A stretch of DNA of 62,604 bases. Origin: a virus. The stretch lies in IMG/VR virus record IMGVR_UViG_3300003690_000007, positions 1 through 62,604 of that record. One strand, given 5' to 3'. Position numbers and translations under genes: made by a program. Shown piece after piece: positions 33,203-41,286 of the stretch. The notes under the pieces are model-generated. The model saw only the letters and a list, made by a program, of their open reading frames with translations, did no database searches and was not told the DNA's origin. Position 1 is the first letter of the stretch; the number at the start of each line of letters is the position of its first letter.

Positions 33203-36200
33203 ACCAACTCCCTGTCTTTCCAGAATGCGTAGACGTTCGGGTATTCCTCCCGAATCTTATTGCGGTCCTTGCGGGTCAGGATCAGTCGACCGAACTCCGC
33301 GAATCCTTCACGGGCATCTTGGCTCGCGTGGTTTGTGAGTTCGCCATTTGAAAGGTCCACCTTCCACGCCTGTTTCCAGTCCTCCTCGCTGGACAGGTGT
33401 CCGCTGAACCGACCATCGATGGCGTGTGTCATCGCGTGAGCAAAAATGTGTACCATCCGCGCACCCTTCGGAAGCCCGCCTCCCCCGTGGTCCGTGTAAC
33501 CGTGGGGGTCGATCATGTGCAAGCTGGCCGTGTGCGGATCATAGGCCGCGATCGGGTGACCATCCCTCCCCCAGCCTATGCTGCCCATCAGGCCGATCGA
33601 TTCGTCCATCGCCTCCCGGCTCCCGTGGAACAACATCTGCTTGACTGATCGGGACATCCGGCGGCGACCGCGTTGGGACATCTTGTTGGTAAGGTCTGTC
33701 ACCGCTCGACCCATGACCTTCCGGCGAGCGGCAGTGCTGACCCCACCTGATTTGATGGCCGAGTGTTCGAGACCTTGCTTGCGTCTCTCGCCGAGTTCGG
33801 CCCTCACCGTTGCCGCGCCTTTCTCCATGCGCCACAGCCTCTGGGGTACTCCCGGCGCATCGGGGTCTTCAGGAAGCTCTGCCATGATAAGCCATGTATC
33901 ACCGCCGGGCATCTTGATTTTATCATTCGCCTTCTTGCGGCTGCGCGTCGTCGCGGGTGCGTCCTTGCCGGGAGCCGCTGCGCCGCCCTTTGTGGCAAAC
34001 TGTCCCTTGTCGTCGCGCTTGATGTTCGATTCTTCAAACTGCTTCCGGTACTGCGCAGCTTCGGTCGATCCGAAATTGAAGTTGAGCATGAACTTGGAAC
34101 ACGGCTTGCCGCCTTCCTCGCAGAACTCGGTGTAGAAATCGCTGGCGTCCTGCCGGTAGTCGAACCCGGACCCCTTGTGGGCCTGCCCCTTGTTATCGCC
34201 CGTCGTGTAGACAAAGTGGTTCTGCCCAGCATCGGACCAGATCACCGAATCCTGATTGTACTTCTCGCCCATCTCGACCATCTCGCCGCGTGACGCCTCG
34301 GGGATCATCACCAGAATCGCCGCTTCGTCGTGACCCTCGTATCGCCCGTTGCCTTCCGAGAACACGAAGCCGCGAGCTACGAGGTCGTCCTTCAGCTTGT
34401 CGTGGCGGGCTGCCGCCTGCTCGGGCGACATATCCGGCTCGTAGTTCGGGTTCTTGCCCGCGCTGATCAGGCCGACGATGCCGTGCTTCAGCAGGTCGTC
34501 GACTTCCTCAAGCGTGAAGTGGACGTGCTCGCCCTTGCCCGGTTCGCGGCGTGCGATCTTCTCGGCCAGCCCGCCGACCTTCAGCCGCTTCCCCGCCTCG
34601 GCGGCGTGCTGTCGCCACACGTCGGGAACCTGCGGCTTGATCGGCAACTTGTCGGGCGCGGTCGTTGTTGCCGATCCACCGCCTGAGCCGAACTTCCCAT
34701 CAGCAGCACGCGGGTGATCGGCTTCCCGGAACTTCGCGTAGTCCTCGGTCAACTCGTCGTAGGTATCCTGTTCTGCCTCGGTCCACTTGCTGAAGAAATC
34801 CTCGCCGTACTTCTCGTCCATCTCGAACGTGAAGTCGGACACATCGTCATACGTCTTCTTTGGTTCGGGCTTCTTCTCTGCCGACCAGACCTCTACCTCA
34901 TAGCCCCATCCGGGGAGCGGCTCACGATAGCTTTCGCCCACACCTCTCCTCAGATTCACGTCGTCGAAATCCCCCTCAAGACCAATGTAGGCGATTCTGT
35001 TTCCGGGGGTTGATCGCTCGCCAGCCCATTTTCCAGTTTCGAGAATCTCCTTGAACTCCTTGATAGACCCTCGCCACCTCTCAACGGCGGTGTTCTCGTT
35101 TTCCCACGCGACCCTGACCATGACACCCGACGACCGAACCGTTCCCGTCAGGCCCATGTTGCGAGCCTGCTGTTTCAGTTCCCAGATCGCGTCGTCTCTC
35201 AGCTTGCGAACCTGAGCTTTGAGTTCCTTGACCTTTCCGACCTTCCATCCTGTCTTGATGTCCTCGGAAGACCAGAGACCCTCGTCGGTCTCGTCGGCGG
35301 CACTCCCGCCGCCTGCCTTGTCCGAGAACTGGCCGCCCTCGTCGCGATCGTGCTGCGACTCATCGAACTGCTTGGCGTATGTGATGCGAGGGTCTTCTGG
35401 ATCGAAGTCGCCCTTGTTGCCGATCGCCGACTTGATCTGTGTCGGCTCGAACGCGATGAACGTCGTGGCCCGAAGATTGTCGGAGTAGTAGTCGTTGAAC
35501 TTGATCCCGTCGAACCCGGCACTCACAGCCTGCGCTCGCAGAACCTTCACAATCTCGTACTGGTTGAGAATCTGGTAGAGGTCGCGGCCCGCAACCGGGA
35601 AGTCCCGCATCGACACGTCCAGACCGTTGTCTTTCAACAGCGACACCAGCTTCTTGGTGCTGACCCGGCGCGCTGGCAACGAGGTCAGGTCGAGCGGGTT
35701 CTCCATCTTCGCGAAGACAGGCTTGATCTGTGAGCCGACCCCGAGACCTTTCTTGCCCTTGTATCCGAATAGGTAGTCTGGCTCGTTTCTGTCCTCGTGA
35801 ACCTCCCGCATGAGTTCCCGTGCTGACTTGATCGCACCCTTGACCTCGGACTTTATCCCCTTTTGCTTCATGAGACCCTTGGGGTCTTCGATGCTCCAAT
35901 CGAACTTGCCACCGATCTCGTCGGCCAAGTACATGGCGTGCTCAAGGTCCAGCCCGGTTGCGATAGCCATCCCGCTGGGCTTGTGTGTCACGCTGTAGTA
36001 AGTCTCGTCTGGATCGTGGACGGGAAACATCCCGCTCCCTTTCTCAAACGGGGTGTGCGACCCACTAGCCAAGACGAGATCGTGGTGTGGGGTGATGTAT
36101 CCGGACCGGTCCTCCATGCCGTCCTGAGTCCCAATCTGGACCGTGGCCTTCTTGTAGTCGAACAGTTCCACCGTCGGTTTATTGAGTGGCTTTCCAGACA

Positions 36201-39108
36201 CAGCGAACTCGGACGCGAACTTGGGGTCGTCGCTCAGGTAGTGCCAACCGAGACCGGCCAGCCCCTCGTCGTCGCCACGCCAGAACTTACCGAACGTCTC
36301 GAAGCTCTGGTCGGTCCCGTGGTAGAGACGCAGCGGCTCGCCCTGATCGTCAATGACCTTCGAAGCGCCAAACCACTCCGTGAACTTCGGCGTGTCGGTC
36401 TGCTTCCCCTTCGACTTCTGCTCCGACGAGCCGTCTCCTGATTTCTCAGAGAACCGACCGGGGTGCTCGGAGTCACCGCCACGACTCACCTTCGACTCGT
36501 CGAACTTAGCGTGCCGCTTGGCGTACTTGTCGTCGGTTTCGGCCCCCTGAACAAACCCAGAATCATGCACACCCAAGTACCAGTCGGCTTCCGGGAAAAA
36601 CCCGTCGAGCCTTCCGCCGTTGGTGATCTTGACCGTGGACACGCCTCGCTGCAAAAACGCGCCTTTCCGAAACGCCTCTACGTCAATGCCCCGTTCTACC
36701 GACCTCGGGAACTTGTCCCCAAACTCCCACCCGCTGATCGCAGCACCAAACTCCTCGGCTTCTTTCCGGGACTCCTGTTTTGTGATGGGGCCAATCCCGT
36801 CCATGAACTCATCGACCTGACCTTGCCAGTCTCTCGCGGCAACGGACACCCCGTACTTGTTGTATTTCACCGCAGACTGAATCAGGAACTCTTGCCACTC
36901 CAAGTGGCTGTCGAATGTTCGCATCCCGCCGCTTTTGATCAGCACCGGCGTCTTGGTCTTCTTGTCGCCAGCGGGTGTCCTTGCATAAATGTCCGCTTCT
37001 GACGGAACACTGGTGAAGAAGACTCCGAGTGTGTCGAGTATCGGCTTGCCTGTTCGCAAGACCTTGCCGGTTGTAAGTTTTCCGTGTGCATCCGCGTCGT
37101 AGCTCTGGCTTCCGTGCCACACGACCCGTGGGTCACCGTTGTCGTCACGAAGAATGTCGTCTCTCCCCTTTGCCATCTTCAGCAAAGACTCCGAGGCTGA
37201 CTTCTCGCGGGGAGACAACGCTGTCGGGTCGCCGCCCGACTTCTCGGAAAATCGCCCCGGATGGTCGGGGTCACCGCCGCGAGAAACCTTGCTCTCGTCG
37301 AACTTGGCGTGCCGCTCGACGATGTGACGGTCAGCCCGCTGGCGCTCCCCCGTGTCAAAAGGGATGTCCCGCTGCTGCCACTTCCCGTCGGTCGAGACGT
37401 AGGTAACGGTCTGCCCGTCCACACTGGCCTCACCAAAAAGTTCCCGCAGGACAGAGTCGGTGTCCCGGTCGACATCGGGCGGGGGGGGCACGTCGTCCAT
37501 CCGGTCCATCTGTTCGACCCCATCCTGCGGGGTTGGTGGCTGCCCAACTCCACCCGGTCCCATACCGGGAAACATCCCGCCACCGCCGCCGGGTGGCGCG
37601 CCGCCCATCTGGTCCTCTGGCATCTCAAGCACGCGGTCCTCCTCGGTCGGCACCGCCGCACCGATGAGTTCCATCACGTCGCTTTCCTTCAATTTAGCGC
37701 CCATCTGGAACGCCATCTGCCACGCGCTGAGCTTCTCGGACGGGTCTTGCTCCTCCACATCGATCTTGAAGGAGATATGGATTCCCTTGGCCGATGGGAA
37801 GTTCCAGTCCTTGATGTATTTGACGAGTTGGTGGGTGATCGTCTCCTCCAAGTTCGTCGCGTCGTACTTGATGATTTGCAAGAACGTGTCGAGATGTAAC
37901 TCGGCCAGCCCGCTGCCAAGCCCTGTTGCTTGGGCCTCGGACGAGAGGGTCTGGCCGAGTATGTATCGTTTGATCCTGTGACCGTAGTAGTCGTTCAGGA
38001 TGTTCTGGAGCGCGTCGATGCCACCCATTCCCGGTTCGATGATCTCGACTCCGAAGGCGTGCGCGTCGTCGCCCATCGGTTTCGGGACGAGGACGATGTT
38101 CCGCTGGTTGGCGACCCGCTCCTCGGCTGCGATTCGCGCCTTCTTTTCAGCTTCCTCGTTGCCCTGCGGGTAATACCAGATCTCGATTCCACCCGCCGAC
38201 CGCTCGAGGTACTCCATCAGGAACGCGAGGCACTCCTGCTTCTGAAACCAGTCCCAGTAGATTCTCGATCGCAGGCCGACGCCGTGAACCATCCCGGCGT
38301 CGATGAAGTTGTGCCAGTCTCCGTCCTCGATCGTGTGCTTGTGAATCGCCAGCAGAGGACGTTCCCAGTCTTTTAGAAAGTAGGCCAGCCCGCTCTCGGT
38401 CGGCTCCACGTCCCATCGACCCGAGATCTTGTCGTCAGACATGAACCGGGATCCGATCTTGATCCCGACCTGATCGGGCTTGTTGTCGGCGCTTCCGTCG
38501 TCATACCGAAAGACGAGCTTGTCCCCGTTGACCGGAATCCATCCGGGGTTGTCGCGGTAGGCGGCGGGCATCACCCGCATCCTGCCGTTGACATCGCTCC
38601 AGCGGTATCGGTGCTGCACTGCGTAGCGTCCGTACCACACCGCGTGCAGTAGATTGAACCGATACTCGGTGAACCGATGTATCCGGTTCAGGATCTTCGT
38701 CAGTTCCTCGACGAGTGCCACTTGCTCGGTCGAGTTCTCGTCCTCGGGTTCGAGATGCCAGCCAAGCATCGCGGTGCAGCGCTGCCTCGCCTCGACGCAC
38801 TCCATGATCCCGCAGTCGTTCCGCATGAAGCGCGCGTTCTCGCGCGAGTCGCGCAGGGCTTCGTCATTTGCCTGATAGACCTTCGAGAATGAACCGGAGA
38901 TCCCGGCGAACGACAGGACGTGCGGGATGGGGAACTTGCCGAAGTTCGGCGCGGAGCCGGGAATTCCCGTGGCCGGGTCTGTCGCTGCCTCGTTCCGCTC
39001 TTGGACAATCTTCTCGATAAAGCTCGCGGGCCTGCGATCCTCCCCGTTGCCGTTGCCGTTGCCGCTGGCTGCTTGCAACGCATCGGTCAAATCGCGAACC
39101 TTCGCCAT
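33199..39108 (-). CDS. portal protein (Mu gp29/DUF935-like, about the first 500 aa) fused to ~1,450 aa of polyvalent effector domains (1969 aa)
   Basis: Portal hallmark GQTLSSEAQATGLGSGLAELHLDTFLQIIKYDATNLEE, then a Gly/Pro linker (GGAPPGGGGGMFPGMGPGGVGQPP). Two ART-like modules follow (VVWHGS...FFTS; WFGASKVIDDQGEPLRLYHGT...QIKSAIGNKGDFD). Then a DUF3293-like LISAGKNP module and a degenerate metallopeptidase end (FAHAMTHAIDG...EGFAEFG). Five linker motifs. Confidence 0.75.
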   Translation of the reverse strand: MAKVRDLTDALQAASGNGNGNGEDRRPASFIEKIVQERNEAATDPATGIPGSAPNFGKFPIPHVLSFAGISGSFSKVYQANDEALRDSRENARFMRNDCGIMECVEARQRCTAMLGWHLEPEDENSTEQVALVEELTKILNRIHRFTEYRFNLLHAVWYGRYAVQHRYRWSDVNGRMRVMPAAYRDNPGWIPVNGDKLVFRYDDGSADNKPDQVGIKIGSRFMSDDKISGRWDVEPTESGLAYFLKDWERPLLAIHKHTIEDGDWHNFIDAGMVHGVGLRSRIYWDWFQKQECLAFLMEYLERSAGGIEIWYYPQGNEEAEKKARIAAEERVANQRNIVLVPKPMGDDAHAFGVEIIEPGMGGIDALQNILNDYYGHRIKRYILGQTLSSEAQATGLGSGLAELHLDTFLQIIKYDATNLEETITHQLVKYIKDWNFPSAKGIHISFKIDVEEQDPSEKLSAWQMAFQMGAKLKESDVMELIGAAVPTEEDRVLEMPEDQMGGAPPGGGGGMFPGMGPGGVGQPPTPQDGVEQMDRMDDVPPPPDVDRDTDSVLRELFGEASVDGQTVTYVSTDGKWQQRDIPFDTGERQRADRHIVERHAKFDESKVSRGGDPDHPGRFSEKSGGDPTALSPREKSASESLLKMAKGRDDILRDDNGDPRVVWHGSQSYDADAHGKLTTGKVLRTGKPILDTLGVFFTSVPSEADIYARTPAGDKKTKTPVLIKSGGMRTFDSHLEWQEFLIQSAVKYNKYGVSVAARDWQGQVDEFMDGIGPITKQESRKEAEEFGAAISGWEFGDKFPRSVERGIDVEAFRKGAFLQRGVSTVKITNGGRLDGFFPEADWYLGVHDSGFVQGAETDDKYAKRHAKFDESKVSRGGDSEHPGRFSEKSGDGSSEQKSKGKQTDTPKFTEWFGASKVIDDQGEPLRLYHGTDQSFETFGKFWRGDDEGLAGLGWHYLSDDPKFASEFAVSGKPLNKPTVELFDYKKATVQIGTQDGMEDRSGYITPHHDLVLASGSHTPFEKGSGMFPVHDPDETYYSVTHKPSGMAIATGLDLEHAMYLADEIGGKFDWSIEDPKGLMKQKGIKSEVKGAIKSARELMREVHEDRNEPDYLFGYKGKKGLGVGSQIKPVFAKMENPLDLTSLPARRVSTKKLVSLLKDNGLDVSMRDFPVAGRDLYQILNQYEIVKVLRAQAVSAGFDGIKFNDYYSDNLRATTFIAFEPTQIKSAIGNKGDFDPEDPRITYAKQFDESQHDRDEGGQFSDKAGGGSAADETDEGLWSSEDIKTGWKVGKVKELKAQVRKLRDDAIWELKQQARNMGLTGTVRSSGVMVRVAWENENTAVERWRGSIKEFKEILETGKWAGERSTPGNRIAYIGLEGDFDDVNLRRGVGESYREPLPGWGYEVEVWSAEKKPEPKKTYDDVSDFTFEMDEKYGEDFFSKWTEAEQDTYDELTEDYAKFREADHPRAADGKFGSGGGSATTTAPDKLPIKPQVPDVWRQHAAEAGKRLKVGGLAEKIARREPGKGEHVHFTLEEVDDLLKHGIVGLISAGKNPNYEPDMSPEQAAARHDKLKDDLVARGFVFSEGNGRYEGHDEAAILVMIPEASRGEMVEMGEKYNQDSVIWSDAGQNHFVYTTGDNKGQAHKGSGFDYRQDASDFYTEFCEEGGKPCSKFMLNFNFGSTEAAQYRKQFEESNIKRDDKGQFATKGGAAAPGKDAPATTRSRKKANDKIKMPGGDTWLIMAELPEDPDAPGVPQRLWRMEKGAATVRAELGERRKQGLEHSAIKSGGVSTAARRKVMGRAVTDLTNKMSQRGRRRMSRSVKQMLFHGSREAMDESIGLMGSIGWGRDGHPIAAYDPHTASLHMIDPHGYTDHGGGGLPKGARMVHIFAHAMTHAIDGRFSGHLSSEEDWKQAWKVDLSNGELTNHASQDAREGFAEFGRLILTRKDRNKIREEYPNVYAFWKDRELV

Positions 39109-39125
39109 GCCTCACCCCTTTTCTG

Positions 39126-39518
39126 CTAGTCGAGCGCCGTGTCGAGCGAGATCATCCACCCTCGCGACACGACGCGGAAGACCGATCCGCTCGCCGGAGT
39201 GAAACTGTAGACGACGGTGTATTCGTCCTCGGCAGGAAACGCGGACGCGGGCACCGTGTGAGAGAAGTTGTAGCCCGTGTTGTCCTTCTCCCACCGGGCA
39301 TCAGTTTGTAGCGCGTCCGAGACAGCGTCAGACACCGTGACGGTCGGCGTGGACGTGGTCGATACGCTCCCGTCCGATCGATTGTAGCGCAGCACCTTGC
39401 ACGCGATCGACGAGATGTCAGACTGCGTGACCGCCACTCCGTTGTGCAGGACACGAGCAAGAATCGGCAGGTCCGTCTGCTCGTAGCCCTTGATCGGCCA
39501 TATTCTAGCTTTGGGCAT
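39126..39518 (-). CDS. hypothetical virion-module protein (130 aa)
   Basis: Beta-rich; between TerL and the portal. Confidence 0.65.
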   Translation of the reverse strand: MPKARIWPIKGYEQTDLPILARVLHNGVAVTQSDISSIACKVLRYNRSDGSVSTTSTPTVTVSDAVSDALQTDARWEKDNTGYNFSHTVPASAFPAEDEYTVVYSFTPASGSVFRVVSRGWMISLDTALD

Positions 39519-39541
39519 CTTTGTGGATCATCCGTGACCAG

Positions 39542-40135
39542 CTAGTCGATACTCACCACGTCGGGTTCCGTGATTTCGAGCAGTCCGGGTGGCGACTCGT
39601 CACCCCAGTCGTCGGGCTTCTCGTCCGGGCCGGGACGAGTCAGATCGGGAGGCGGGTTTCCGTCCTCGTCTTCCGTCGGCGGTCCCTCGGGAACTTCCAG
39701 CGGAGGCGGGGTCAGGCTCGGCAGCGGTTCGCTGTCGTCGGGCGCTACGGGCACAGGAGCTTCCTCGACATCTTCGTCCGCTTCCCCTTCCGCTTCTTCG
39801 TCTTCTTCATCGCCTTCGTCGTCTTCCTCGGATTCCTCGGCATCGTCGGCATCGTCGGTGTCCTCGCTGTCGTCGGAGGCGCGCGACTCTCGAAAGATCT
39901 GCACGGGTGAGTCAGGAGATCCGTACCATTTGTTGTCCTCCGTCGAGTTGATTGTCGACGGGTCGATGACCTCGCGCGAGCAAGTAATCGAACTGGTGAC
40001 ACCCTCCAGAGCGACCGCCAGCTTCTCGTCGATGTATCCCGTCAGCGCGTCGGCCACATCGATCAGGTCACCGACCGTCAGGCTGCTACGTCGATCCTTG
40101 CTGTACAACGGATGCAGTCCTCTGAGTTCTGCCAT
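39542..40135 (-). CDS. highly acidic protein (197 aa)
   Basis: DDSEDTDDADDAEESEEDDEGDEEDEEAEGEADEDVEE. Confidence 0.65.
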   Translation of the reverse strand: MAELRGLHPLYSKDRRSSLTVGDLIDVADALTGYIDEKLAVALEGVTSSITCSREVIDPSTINSTEDNKWYGSPDSPVQIFRESRASDDSEDTDDADDAEESEEDDEGDEEDEEAEGEADEDVEEAPVPVAPDDSEPLPSLTPPPLEVPEGPPTEDEDGNPPPDLTRPGPDEKPDDWGDESPPGLLEITEPDVVSID

Positions 40136-40162
40136 GTCGCGTCTCCCCTTCTGGTTTACTCG

Positions 40163-41284
40163 CTACCCCCTGTTGGGGGGTGCCCGATTCGGATCTCCAC
40201 CGTTCGCTCTCCCCCGGTTTGGAAGACCACGGCGCACCATCATATCACCGCCGCTCTCGAAAATACGCTCCTCGCCTGTCTTTGTCGAACGACCGCTGAA
40301 CTGTCGTCTGACGAACCATTCCTCGCGCCCCATCATGGTCGCCTTCCGAGGCACATAGCCGCGCGTGATCCCGGCGAGACGGTAGTCGTAGCGGTGACCC
40401 GAAACACTGCCACGATACCTGACGTTATCCCAGACCCACGCGCCCTTCGAGCCTGCCTTTCGGAATGCCTCGAATACGGTCGTTGGAACGTGGTAGTAGT
40501 AATACAAAGACCCCGGCGCACCAAACCCCTTTCGAGTTTTATGGACGAAGCGGATCTTGAGAGTTCCCAGCGTGGCGTTTGCCGGGTCCATGTCGAATCC
40601 GATCGAGTGGACGCTGTCCGAGGTCACAAGAATCATCTCTCCCGTGACGATCGGGTCTGTGATCCTAAACCGTCGCTTGGCACCTCCCACCTCGACATCG
40701 ATTGTCGTTCGACGCTTCCCCCTCGTGGTCGGGGGGATCACGCGGGGGGGCGTGGTGGGCATCTGCCCGCGCTGCCGCACGGGCTTCGTGATCGTATACC
40801 CCTGATCCTCGAGGTACTTGATCATCTGCTTGTTGGCCTTCCGGTCACCCGGAAGAGTTGCGAAGCCGCCGAAGGCACGGATCAGAGACGAGGCCGCGCC
40901 AAGCTCCTGATCGATCGTCTTGGCAACTGGCTTGCCCCTCGGACGCAGTAGACCTTGCATCAGTTCCCCGAGCGGTCCCAGCGATCCGAACAGTTCCCCG
41001 AGAAGCTGGCCCTTCAGAGACTCGGCCATGCCGTACCGCTGGATGCCTCCCGCGATCTGGCCGACTTCTGATCGACGCGCGAGTTGCTGGAGAGTGCCAG
41101 ACTTCGACAACTTGTTGAGACTTCGGTAGAACTTGTCGTTGTCGGACTTCTTGGCACGCCCACCAGTGACCTTTCTGACCTCTTTGACCAGCTTGCCGAT
41201 GTCCGAGTTGTTGAACTCCTGCCGCGCCGCCTTGCGAATGGCCTTGCTTGAGCGCTTGAACAGGGGTGAGAACGGCGTCGCCAC
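40163..41284 (-). CDS. KTSC-domain protein (373 aa)
   Basis: SVHSIGFDMDPANATLGTLKIRFVHKTRKGFGAPGSLYYYYHVPTTVFEAFRKAGSKGAWVWDNVR matches the recalled KTSC pattern. Confidence 0.6.
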   Translation of the reverse strand: MATPFSPLFKRSSKAIRKAARQEFNNSDIGKLVKEVRKVTGGRAKKSDNDKFYRSLNKLSKSGTLQQLARRSEVGQIAGGIQRYGMAESLKGQLLGELFGSLGPLGELMQGLLRPRGKPVAKTIDQELGAASSLIRAFGGFATLPGDRKANKQMIKYLEDQGYTITKPVRQRGQMPTTPPRVIPPTTRGKRRTTIDVEVGGAKRRFRITDPIVTGEMILVTSDSVHSIGFDMDPANATLGTLKIRFVHKTRKGFGAPGSLYYYYHVPTTVFEAFRKAGSKGAWVWDNVRYRGSVSGHRYDYRLAGITRGYVPRKATMMGREEWFVRRQFSGRSTKTGEERIFESGGDMMVRRGLPNRGRANGGDPNRAPPNRG

Positions 41285-41286
41285 TA

